33,430 nt of DNA from Spirochaetota bacterium (GCA_048624115.1 JBMCTC010000003.1:1-33430), one strand, 5' to 3'; positions 9,305 through 17,201 are shown, numbered from the stretch's first letter. Numbers and translations: made by a program. Notes: a model not told the origin generated them from the letters alone.

Positions 9305-10035
9305 AGCGATATGAGACTTTGCGGGTACCAATCGACTCGATCGAGCCCGACAGGATAGAGAGCCTTGCAGAGCAGTTGATAGCCGGTGGCGAAGTCGAGC
9401 AGATCGTGCTTCTTCGATGGTGGGACTTCATGCGTGCGCGGCGGAATCGCGAGTACCGAGCGATGCTACAGCACGGAACAGTCATCCCCGTATCCAAGAG
9501 CATCCCCATGGCGGCTCGCTTGTTGCACCGGCACAAGCCGCCGCGGTATATGCCTTTCGACTTTGTTATTCGTCTCCTCGGCGGACTCGAGAACAGATCC
9601 CGGTCAATCTACTTGCTTGGCGGGACCCCTGCTGCCCTGCGTACGGCGGAACAGAATCTGCGCCAGACATTTCCTGGCCTCAAACTCGTTGGCCGCTACG
9701 CCGGTCACTACCCAAAAGCTCGCGAAGCCGACATTATCACCGCTATTCGGAAGGCCAACCCCGATATCCTGTTTGTAGGTCCAGGCCTGCCCGGGACCCG
9801 TATGTGGATCGCGAGACATCGAGCGCAACTCTCCCCCGGGATCTATCTCCAGAGTCCCGACGTTTTCCAGATCTTCGCTGAGCGTCGGCAGCGCGGAAGC
9901 CGCAAGGCCTTCAAACGCGGTTTCGATTTCCTGCCTGACCTTTTCAGGCGTCCGTGGCGGTTGTTTCGCATCTTCGTCTACATCTGGTTTCTCGTGGTCC
10001 TCGTCGTGAAACGGGTCTTTTCTCGCCCGCAGTAG
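9274..10035 (+). CDS. WecB/TagA/CpsF family glycosyltransferase (divergent)
   Basis: IYLLGG, FPGLKLVGRYAGHY and IRKANPDILFVGPG match the GT26 core; C-terminal RRPWRLFR plus a hydrophobic helix. Confidence 0.8.
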   Translation: MAADDRTGFIKRYETLRVPIDSIEPDRIESLAEQLIAGGEVEQIVLLRWWDFMRARRNREYRAMLQHGTVIPVSKSIPMAARLLHRHKPPRYMPFDFVIRLLGGLENRSRSIYLLGGTPAALRTAEQNLRQTFPGLKLVGRYAGHYPKAREADIITAIRKANPDILFVGPGLPGTRMWIARHRAQLSPGIYLQSPDVFQIFAERRQRGSRKAFKRGFDFLPDLFRRPWRLFRIFVYIWFLVVLVVKRVFSRPQ

Positions 10036-10047
10036 TGCGAGTCTTGG

Positions 10048-10494
10048 TCACGATTGTAAGCGTACTTGCTCGTATACTTGCTGCAACTCCCGACGATGCG
10101 TACGCTCGGCAACAGACCCTGTAATCCAACTCAGAGGTGGCATCAAGAGCAGTACTGCGATCGCGTCTGAGGCGAAGCCGGGAACAACAAAGAGAAGTGC
10201 GACAATAATCCGAACGAGAAGTCGTTCAAACGCCTCAACCGGGTATCGTCCTTCGCGGATGCGGGCGTGGGCGCACGATACCTCGTAGTGGATGTTGTGG
10301 TAGATCGCGAGGGTTTCGATTAGCGTGAGGGCTGCGGCCAGCGCAAGCAGCAAGTAGGTGCCGACGTGGCGCGCGAGTAGCACGTAGAGATATCCGTCCG
10401 CCAAAAAGACGAGACCGAGCGCCATCCCTCTTGCGAGAGCCTTCGCAATGCTCGCCGGTGAGACGAGTATGCTGAGCAGGGAGCCGTGCAGCAT
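10048..10494 (-). CDS. fxsA: FxsA family inner-membrane protein
   Basis: LFVVPGFASDAIAVLLLMP matches the FxsA LLxxPGFxTDxxGxLLLxP signature; TM helices. ATG 10494 is preferred over GTG 10524. Confidence 0.75.
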   Translation of the reverse strand: MLHGSLLSILVSPASIAKALARGMALGLVFLADGYLYVLLARHVGTYLLLALAAALTLIETLAIYHNIHYEVSCAHARIREGRYPVEAFERLLVRIIVALLFVVPGFASDAIAVLLLMPPLSWITGSVAERTHRRELQQVYEQVRLQS

Positions 10495-10543
10495 GGTGCA
10501 CCTTACCTCGAGCCACTTTTGCACTTCAAGCTAACGAGTTTTG

Positions 10544-10573
10544 TTGACAATTTCGGTATGCATAACGTAAGAT
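10544..10573 (+). promoter_or_regulatory. sigma70 promoter of the sigma54-activator gene
   Basis: TTGACA(10544-10549)-18 nt-TAAGAT(10568-10573); GGAG RBS at 10581-10584; GTG at 10592. Confidence 0.55.
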
Positions 10574-10591
10574 GATTGCCGGAGTTTTGGG

Positions 10592-11722
10592 GTGGCAAAG
10601 ATCGTCGTAATCGATAACGATGAGTTGACTCAAGTCGAGCTGCAAGCGTGGCTCGGAGAAGAGCATACGGTGCTTCCATATGAGAAAGGCGTGCTCGCGG
10701 TCGACTACGTTCGGCGAGAGCGGCCAGACCTCGTCTTTCTCAACCTGCATCTTCCGGACAGTGACGCGTTCGAGATCATTTCTCTCATCGCGCATAGCGA
10801 GACCGCGCCTGCCGTTGTCGGCCTCATAAGTGAAGAGATTACACAAATCATAGTGGATGCAGTGCGGCGCGGCGCGATTGACGTGATCAAGAAACCCCTC
10901 CGCATCGCCGAGATACACTCTGTCTTTCACCGAGTTTTCTCGGCGCGCTCAATGGCTGTCGACGAATCAACTGCAGGATTGATACCTGAAATCGTCGGAG
11001 CCGGCCGGGCGACATCGCAACTGCGAACGCAAATTGTGCGGTTTGCGCGTTCCAAAGCACCGGTATTGATTCTCGGGGAGAGCGGAGTAGGGAAGGAGCT
11101 CGTGGCTCGGGCGGTTCATCGGCTCTCGCGATGTGCCGAGGGGCGCTTCGTGGGCATCAACTGCTCCGCCGTCCCGGATGCTCTCTTCGAGACCGAGATG
11201 TTTGGAACCGTGGCTGGAGCGTATACCGACGCAAGGACGCGAAGAGGTGCCGTCGAGTATGCGACAAACGGGACGTTGTTCCTTGACGAGGTCGGAGAGC
11301 TGACTCCTGCGGCACAGGCAAAGCTGCTACGAGTTCTCGAGACCGGCAACTTCTCTCGTCTCGGAGAGACGGAGGAGCGGCATAGCAATGCTCGCGTGGT
11401 CGCAGCAACAAATCAGCGGCTGAAAGGAAGCAAGCGCTTTCGCGAAGACCTCTACTATCGGCTCAGCGTTGCCCGGCTTATCGTTCCGCCACTTCGCGAT
11501 CGACGCGAGGACATTCCGGCGCTCTCAGATTACTTCTGTGAGGTCGTGAGTCAGAGTGAACAGCGCCGTCCTGCCGCGAAGCTCACGCGAGCTGCTCTCG
11601 ATCGACTCATTGCTCACGACTGGCCAGGAAACATCCGCGAACTCAAGAACGTGATCTGGCGATCTATACTGCTCACCCACGGCCATACCATATCAGCCGA
11701 CGCGGTTCAGTTTGACTTATGA
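10592..11722 (+). CDS. NtrC-like sigma54-dependent activator (receiver-like + AAA+), no C-terminal HTH
   Basis: GESGVGKE Walker A, GAYTDA loop, LFLDEVGE Walker B, FREDLYYRL, WPGNIRELKN; N-terminal REC fold. Confidence 0.9.
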   Translation: MAKIVVIDNDELTQVELQAWLGEEHTVLPYEKGVLAVDYVRRERPDLVFLNLHLPDSDAFEIISLIAHSETAPAVVGLISEEITQIIVDAVRRGAIDVIKKPLRIAEIHSVFHRVFSARSMAVDESTAGLIPEIVGAGRATSQLRTQIVRFARSKAPVLILGESGVGKELVARAVHRLSRCAEGRFVGINCSAVPDALFETEMFGTVAGAYTDARTRRGAVEYATNGTLFLDEVGELTPAAQAKLLRVLETGNFSRLGETEERHSNARVVAATNQRLKGSKRFREDLYYRLSVARLIVPPLRDRREDIPALSDYFCEVVSQSEQRRPAAKLTRAALDRLIAHDWPGNIRELKNVIWRSILLTHGHTISADAVQFDL

Positions 11723-11723
11723 G

Positions 11724-12188
11724 TTATCGCACTGCGACCAGCTGAATTACCGCCAGTTCTTCGCCGTCTGCTCCGACGGCAGTTCCGATGAAACGACCAA
11801 CGGCCAGAATATCCTGATTTGTCTGAACCGTCGTTGGCCCCGCATCACGAGAGAATGAGGCGAACCGCCCGGCGAACTCCTCCCCCTGGACATAGAGATA
11901 GATACGGTGCTCTTCGAGACGCGTCACGTCGCGCCACAACCCGCTCACAAGCTCAACGACAGCCTCGTAGGAAGCCGGCTCGGGATTCAAGACCTGCACC
12001 GAGCCTACCGTGCCTTCCAGCAAGAAGTATCGGTCTGAGTCGATTAGGTCAAAGCGGCCCTCCGCCACCCGTTCCGAGATGGTCACGACCGAAGCCTCGA
12101 AGTCAACGAGGGAGAAGAACTCTTCCGGCGCCTGTGCCGACACGGAGAGCGCGCATACGACCAAAATGATGCACCAAATGTTACGCAT
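11724..12188 (-). CDS. Hypothetical exported protein
   Basis: Sec-type signal peptide (MRNIWCIILVVCALSVSA-Q); GGAGGG RBS; extended -10 TGCTATAGT upstream on the minus strand. Confidence 0.7.
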   Translation of the reverse strand: MRNIWCIILVVCALSVSAQAPEEFFSLVDFEASVVTISERVAEGRFDLIDSDRYFLLEGTVGSVQVLNPEPASYEAVVELVSGLWRDVTRLEEHRIYLYVQGEEFAGRFASFSRDAGPTTVQTNQDILAVGRFIGTAVGADGEELAVIQLVAVR

Positions 12189-12247
12189 GGGTCCCTCCGT
12201 GGCGAAACTATAGCAGCCGACCCCGACGTTGGTCTATATTGGGCCGC

Positions 12248-12976
12248 ATGACCGACTCGTTGCGAGGAAAGAGGGCGCTGATCGTAGGAGGATCGGGTGG
12301 AATCGGGGCAGCTGTCACCGACATCCTGGCAAGCGAGGGCTGCGATCTTTTTGTTCACGGTGGTCACGATCACGGAAAGCTTGAAGATGTCGGGGAACGC
12401 GCTCGCGAGCGAGGCGTGCGAGTCTCCACTATCCTGGCGTCTCTTACGTCTGCCGACGACGGCCTGTCTCTTCTTCAGAGAGTCGGTAGTGTCGATGTGC
12501 TCGTTGTCTCGTTTGGTCCACTCATTACGGCGCCGTTGCACCAAACCGGTCGGAACGACTGGCGTATGTTGATCGAGCTCAACTTCCTGCTTCCATCGCT
12601 CATGGTCTCCCACCTGCTTCCATCGATGCGTGCCAACACCTTTGGTCGAATCCTGCTATTTGGTGGGCCACGATCGGACGAGTTGTCCGGATTCCACTCG
12701 ATTGGCGCGTACGCTGCCGCTAAGAGTGGCCTGGCCTCCCTCACCAGATCGGTCGCCCTTCAAAACGCTCAGCACAATATCACCTGTAATATGATCGCGC
12801 CCGGCTACGTCGAGACCGAGTACTACGGGCGTGATCGGATTGCCGAACTCTCTTCCGCAATGCCTACGGGCCGCATGGTCAGCCGAGCAGAGGTCGCACG
12901 ATTGGCACTGTTTCTTTTGGCCGGCGATGTTGAGCCCGTAAACGGCGCCATTATTCCGATGGATTTTGGGCGATAG
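12248..12976 (+). CDS. Short-chain dehydrogenase/reductase (FabG-like)
   Basis: GGSGGIG Rossmann motif, YAAAK catalytic motif, NMIAPGYVET. ATG 12248 is preferred. Confidence 0.88.
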   Translation: MTDSLRGKRALIVGGSGGIGAAVTDILASEGCDLFVHGGHDHGKLEDVGERARERGVRVSTILASLTSADDGLSLLQRVGSVDVLVVSFGPLITAPLHQTGRNDWRMLIELNFLLPSLMVSHLLPSMRANTFGRILLFGGPRSDELSGFHSIGAYAAAKSGLASLTRSVALQNAQHNITCNMIAPGYVETEYYGRDRIAELSSAMPTGRMVSRAEVARLALFLLAGDVEPVNGAIIPMDFGR

Positions 12977-13002
12977 CGTGCTACCATAAAGGAAATGGAG
13001 GT

Positions 13003-13030
13003 TTGACAAAGAGCCCTTGAATCTCATACT
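13003..13030 (+). promoter_or_regulatory. sigma70 promoter of the STAS gene
   Basis: TTGACA(13003-13008)-16 nt-CATACT(13025-13030); AGGA RBS before ATG 13080. Confidence 0.5.
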
Positions 13031-13079
13031 CTGGTCAAACAATTCTAACGCTCCGTTTATTACGTAGGAAAAGGACGCC

Positions 13080-13631
13080 ATGGCGAACAACGAGATTGTT
13101 GCTGGATTCGACGACGAGAAAGACGACAGCCTGAAGATCAAGCTGCAAAAGATCGAGAATGTCGACGGGGGGCTTGTTCTCTATCTCACCGGATACATCG
13201 ACACGTATAACTCCAACTTCTTTCAGAAGCGTGTGAACCGGGCGATCGAAGCCGGCTATCTTCGGCTCATATTCCACTGTGCGGGCCTTAGCTACGTCTC
13301 GAGTACGGGAATCGGGTCCTTTACAGCCTTTCTCAAGTCTGTACGACCCCGCGGAGGCGATCTCGTTCTTTTGGAAATCCAGCCAAAGGTGTACGAGGTT
13401 TTCCAGCTTCTCGGATTCTCCCAGTTCTTCACTATCAAGGACAATCTCGACGAGGCGATCGAGTTCTTCTCGAAGGGTGGAACTACCGAGCGTTCGGACG
13501 TCTTCCCCAAGATTTTCAAGTGCCCGATCTGTAGCAAGAAGCTCAAGGCTCTCAAAGCCGGTCGCTTCCGCTGTTCGGAGTGTAAGACCGTGCTTGCAAT
13601 TGATAGCGCTGGACAGGTGTTCCTCGGCTAA
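13080..13631 (+). CDS. STAS-domain anti-sigma-factor antagonist with C-terminal zinc ribbon
   Basis: LTGYIDTYN, LSYVSSTGIG and VYEVFQLLGF (SpoIIAA/RsbV-like), followed by CPIC-x12-CSEC. Confidence 0.9.
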   Translation: MANNEIVAGFDDEKDDSLKIKLQKIENVDGGLVLYLTGYIDTYNSNFFQKRVNRAIEAGYLRLIFHCAGLSYVSSTGIGSFTAFLKSVRPRGGDLVLLEIQPKVYEVFQLLGFSQFFTIKDNLDEAIEFFSKGGTTERSDVFPKIFKCPICSKKLKALKAGRFRCSECKTVLAIDSAGQVFLG

Positions 13632-13659
13632 TTCGAGTGACAAAAATCTGATCGATTAT

Positions 13660-13668
13660 TGTTATACT
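13660..13668 (+). promoter_or_regulatory. Extended -10 promoter for the CesT-like/pspA operon
   Basis: TG-T-TATACT at 13660-13668; AAGGAG RBS at 13685-13690. Confidence 0.5.
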
Positions 13669-13696
13669 CTCCTACATAGACCACAAGGAGAGTGTC

Positions 13697-14086
13697 ATGG
13701 GCACACCCAAAGAGAAGCTTGAAGGCTTCTTTATTAACCTAGACGTACAGTACGAAGAACTCGAACAGAACATGTGGCTCATCTCCCAGGAAGAGAACGG
13801 ACTCCAATCCGTCATCGTCTACGTGGAGGACGACCTCGTTACCGTGCGCGCCAAAGTCATGCACGTTCCGAGTGAGGACACTGAGTCGTTCTTTCGAGAA
13901 CTGCTCATGCTCAACGCAGAGATGGTGCATGGAGCCTACGCTCTGGACGATGACGGGGTTATCCTGATTGATACGCTTGAGCTGGCAACGATGGATCTAG
14001 AAGAGTTCCGAGCATCGCTTGACTCGACTGGCCTCGCATTGGCACAACACTACAATCGGCTGGCGAAGTACCGCAAAGCCACCTAA
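13697..14086 (+). CDS. CesT/YbjN-like (type III secretion chaperone fold) protein
   Basis: 129 aa and acidic; FFRELLMLNAEMVHGAYALD and LDxEEFRASL pattern typical of the CesT/YbjN fold. Confidence 0.75.
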   Translation: MGTPKEKLEGFFINLDVQYEELEQNMWLISQEENGLQSVIVYVEDDLVTVRAKVMHVPSEDTESFFRELLMLNAEMVHGAYALDDDGVILIDTLELATMDLEEFRASLDSTGLALAQHYNRLAKYRKAT

Positions 14087-14096
14087 GGAGGAGACG

Positions 14097-14918
14097 GTGG
14101 GAATTTTTGACCGCTTTCGGCGAGTAGTTAAGTCCAACATCAACGACATGATCAGCAAGGCCGAGAATCCTGAGAAAATGCTCAATCAGCTGATCGTTGA
14201 CATGAATCAGCAGCTTATCGAGTCCAAGAAAAGCGTTGCCTCTGCGATCGCAGACGAAAAGAAACTCGAACGGCAGGTAAAAGAGAACCTGGCAAGCGGT
14301 GCGGAGTGGGAACGGAAAGCTATGCTGGCCGTTCGCGCCGGCAAAGACGACTTGGCAAAAGAGGCGTTGATTCGCAAGCAAGAGTTCGACAAGACCGCTG
14401 CCCAGTACAAGGAGCAGTGGGAGCAGCAGCACGAGGCGGTAGAGAAGCTCAAGGGTGCGCTCCGCGGCTTGCAGAACAAAATAGAAGAAGCGCAGCGCAA
14501 GAAGAACCTCCTTGTCGCCCGAGCAAAGCGTGCAGAGGCCCAGAAGCACATTAACGAGACAATTGGGGGCATGAGCGACACCTCGGCGTTCGAAGCGTTC
14601 GAGCAGATGAGCAAGCGGATGGATCAACTCGAAGCAGAGAACGATGCGATGCTCGAGATCGAAGACATGAGCGGCTCCGACACGCTCGAGGAACAGTTTG
14701 CGCAACTCGAAAAGGGCGGCTCCAACACCGATGCCATGCTCGAGGACTTGAAGAAGCGGATTGCGATCGAGGACAAGAGCGGCGCATCCCAAGCCTCCTC
14801 CGCTTCACAGCAGCAGTCGAGTCAGGCGTCAGCATCGGGCACTGGAGAGTCTACCGAGGAGGTAGACGAGGAACTCGAAGCGCTCAAGAAAAAGCTTCAA
14901 GAGGACAAGACATCGTAG
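14097..14918 (+). CDS. pspA: PspA/IM30 (Vipp1) family membrane-stress protein
   Basis: (M)GIFDRFRRVVKSNIN amphipathic N-terminus, AENPEKML, GKDDLAKEAL, AFEAFEQM. GTG start at 14097 behind AAGGAGG. Confidence 0.93.
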   Translation: MGIFDRFRRVVKSNINDMISKAENPEKMLNQLIVDMNQQLIESKKSVASAIADEKKLERQVKENLASGAEWERKAMLAVRAGKDDLAKEALIRKQEFDKTAAQYKEQWEQQHEAVEKLKGALRGLQNKIEEAQRKKNLLVARAKRAEAQKHINETIGGMSDTSAFEAFEQMSKRMDQLEAENDAMLEIEDMSGSDTLEEQFAQLEKGGSNTDAMLEDLKKRIAIEDKSGASQASSASQQQSSQASASGTGESTEEVDEELEALKKKLQEDKTS

Positions 14919-14921
14919 AGC

Positions 14922-15611
14922 ATGTCGGAGGCGAGTTCGGGCCGGCCCTTACGCGGGCCGGTGTGGGTGACGGTCCCAGAGGCTTCGCTTTTTGCCAGAA
15001 TTGGTCTTGCACTTCGCGGCCGCTGGGCCGTGGTCGCTGCAGACCGCGGTTTACTCGAACAGCTCGGCACCGATCCGGCCGCTTTCGATAAACCGGTACC
15101 TGAGCTCGTAATTGCGACGCTCGATGCATATCCCGAGCTCACCCTTGCGCGGAACGCCTCGCCAACACTAATCGTCTGCGACAAGTCACAAATACCTGCG
15201 CTCTCCATGGATGTTTGTGACGATGTTCTCGTCGCGCCTTGGTCGGGTCCGGAGTTACGCTACCGTGTCTCGCGGATGACTCCAATGCGTCGGTACATGG
15301 TAGATGGTGTTCGACTCGAATGGCGTCGCCACACAGTCACGATTTGGTCAGGTTCGAAGCGGTGTGGTTTAGAACTCTCTGCGAAGCAATATGTGATCCT
15401 CGACACGCTCTTGCGCAACAACCGACCTATTTCGCGCGAGGTTTTATGTCATATGGCGGGGCTTAGCCCTGGCAGAGCGTTTGATATGCAGATCTCTCGT
15501 ACCCGGAAGAAACTGCGTCCGGTAGCCGAACAGATTGGCGTCCAAATCACGATAGAAGGTGACCGGGCAAGCGGGTTTTCGCTCGCCGTTTCCAAAAGCT
15601 CCATTCCTTAG
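14922..15611 (+). CDS. OmpR/PhoB-type winged-helix protein with degenerate receiver-like N-terminus
   Basis: DDVLVAPWSGPELRYRV (end of a REC fold, Lys absent); LSAKQYVILDTL...ISREVL...RAFDMQISRTRKKL...IEGDRASGF wHTH. Confidence 0.7.
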   Translation: MSEASSGRPLRGPVWVTVPEASLFARIGLALRGRWAVVAADRGLLEQLGTDPAAFDKPVPELVIATLDAYPELTLARNASPTLIVCDKSQIPALSMDVCDDVLVAPWSGPELRYRVSRMTPMRRYMVDGVRLEWRRHTVTIWSGSKRCGLELSAKQYVILDTLLRNNRPISREVLCHMAGLSPGRAFDMQISRTRKKLRPVAEQIGVQITIEGDRASGFSLAVSKSSIP

Positions 15612-15618
15612 CTCATGT

Positions 15619-15861
15619 TGTGGATAACTCGTGCAAAAACCATGCAACGGGACGTAGTACTTAACAAATCTTTACCCGCCTAGACAGCGAAAAACAGCAA
15701 CTCAGCGTGCAAAGTACCTTGACGGGGAATAATTATTTTCTCTGTAAGGATTTAAGAGATCGACCGGAGAAGTTGAGCAGATTTCGTTCCCGCTCACATT
15801 TCAACTCTCTCCATTATTCCTCTGACGCCCGGCCGACTGCTTGTGGATAACCTGTGGAATT
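15619..15861. promoter_or_regulatory. DnaA-box cluster flanking an AT-rich spacer (origin-like)
   Basis: Perfect TGTGGATAA at 15619-15627 and 15842-15850, each followed 2 nt later by a degenerate box (CGTGCAAAA 15630-15638; TGTGGAATT 15853-15861). Confidence 0.55.
15766..15812. terminator. Possible imperfect hairpin between the convergent operons
   Basis: GGAGA-AGTTGA (15766-15776) pairs with TCAACT-C-TCTCC (15801-15812), right after the YbjQ stop. The loop is large and there is no clear U-tract. Confidence 0.25.
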
Positions 15862-16170
15862 AATGGTGACAGCGGTGCCGTATACAAGAATCTCCGCAGC
15901 GCCTTGCATAACCGAACTGGTCGTGAATCTGATCCCAACGATCGCATCTGCGCCAAGCAACTCCGCCTCTTCTACCATCCGATCGAGTGCCTGCTCGCGG
16001 CTTTCACCCATCATTTTGGTGTAGTCGGTAATCTCGCCACCCGCCATGTTCTTGAATGCAGCTGCTATGTCTTTTCCCAAGTGGCGCGCGCGAATCGTGT
16101 TCCCGCGTACGAGGCCCACGACCTCCCGAATTTCGACCCCCGGCAGCGTTTCCGTCGATGCAAGAATCAT
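15814..16170 (-). CDS. YbjQ / UPF0145 family protein
   Basis: GLVRGNTIRARHLGKD, GGEITDY, REQALDRM, GADAIVGIRF and EILVYGTAV motifs. Confidence 0.93.
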   Translation of the reverse strand: MILASTETLPGVEIREVVGLVRGNTIRARHLGKDIAAAFKNMAGGEITDYTKMMGESREQALDRMVEEAELLGADAIVGIRFTTSSVMQGAAEILVYGTAVTINSTGYPQAVGRASEE

Positions 16171-16613
16171 CTCATGACTCCTCGATACTTGTCGTCTTTG
16201 CTCTCTCGGACTCTATCTGCAATGGCATTTGACAGCAAGAACACAAAGCCCAACACGCCAACTCCGATGAGGAGTGAAACCAGAAGCGGTGTGCTCGGAC
16301 TCGCGACGATCGAGTAGATCGCATACCCGACCAATGCAACGTAGGAGCCGACAAAAAAGAGAAGACCGGCTCCTCTCCAGAGTTTCCGCGAAACCTTCCT
16401 TTCCGCCCGCTCGAGCCACTCGTCACGTACGCGACTCGACGGCCCCGGCCCGAGCATTTGTCGCAGTCTGAGTAGCTCGACGTACTCCCGTTGCAGAGCC
16501 GGATCTGCCTGGATTCGATCGAGTACCGGCCGTATTTCGTCGGCCGGCAACTCGTTGTCCACAAGCGCCTGCACTTGAAATAGCAGTTCGTTGGGTTCGG
16601 GGTTATTTGGCAT
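16167..16613 (-). CDS. Putative membrane anti-sigma factor
   Basis: Overlaps the ECF sigma gene; N-terminal QALVDNEL (ZAS/zf-HC2-like helix pattern without Cys); two C-terminal TM helices. Confidence 0.7.
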   Translation of the reverse strand: MPNNPEPNELLFQVQALVDNELPADEIRPVLDRIQADPALQREYVELLRLRQMLGPGPSSRVRDEWLERAERKVSRKLWRGAGLLFFVGSYVALVGYAIYSIVASPSTPLLVSLLIGVGVLGFVFLLSNAIADRVRESKDDKYRGVMR

Positions 16614-17175
16614 CGCTTCCTCCCTCGATCATGATCGTTCGTAGTTTCTTTCGTGCGTGATAGAGGCGAGACATGACCGTTCCAATTGGTATTGATAAGA
16701 TTTCCGCGATCTCCGCATACGAGCACTCATCAAAGTGGTTCAATTCAATCACCATTCGAGAGCTCTCCGGAAGAAGTTGCACTGCGTTCCGAACGCGTTC
16801 CACCTCGTCTTCTTGCAGGAGGACGTCCTCCGGCCCATCGTCTCGTGTCTCGAGAACATCGAACTCGGGTAGCTCCCCCTCGCGTCTTCGCACGCGCTTG
16901 ATGTGATTAATGCTGAGATTGGTCGCGATCTGGTAGAGCCACGGAAAGAGCGGTCGGCTCGTGTCAAATGAGTTGAATTTCCGAAAGGCTCGGAGAAACG
17001 TTTCTTGCGCGATATCCCCGGCGTCGTCGTAGTTCCGGACGATCCTGAGCGCGACGGAGTGAACCCGCTTGTAGTAGCGCTCGGTGAGCAGCGCAAATGA
17101 GGTTCGGTCGCCTCGCATTGCTTTGAGAATGAGTTGTTGCTCCACATCTCTATCTCTACTACCCACAGCCACCAT
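16603..17175 (-). CDS. ECF (group 4) RNA polymerase sigma-70 factor
   Basis: DAGDIAQETFLRAF, FPWLYQIATN, SYAEIAEILSIPIGTVMSRLYHARKKLR. Confidence 0.95.
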   Translation of the reverse strand: MVAVGSRDRDVEQQLILKAMRGDRTSFALLTERYYKRVHSVALRIVRNYDDAGDIAQETFLRAFRKFNSFDTSRPLFPWLYQIATNLSINHIKRVRRREGELPEFDVLETRDDGPEDVLLQEDEVERVRNAVQLLPESSRMVIELNHFDECSYAEIAEILSIPIGTVMSRLYHARKKLRTIMIEGGSDAK

Positions 17176-17201
17176 ACCTATTCAACCTAAATGAGAGATT
17201 A

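Noticed and set aside
13697-14086. Type III secretion system implied by the CesT-like gene
   Set aside because: No injectisome or effector genes nearby; the fold is widespread outside T3SS.
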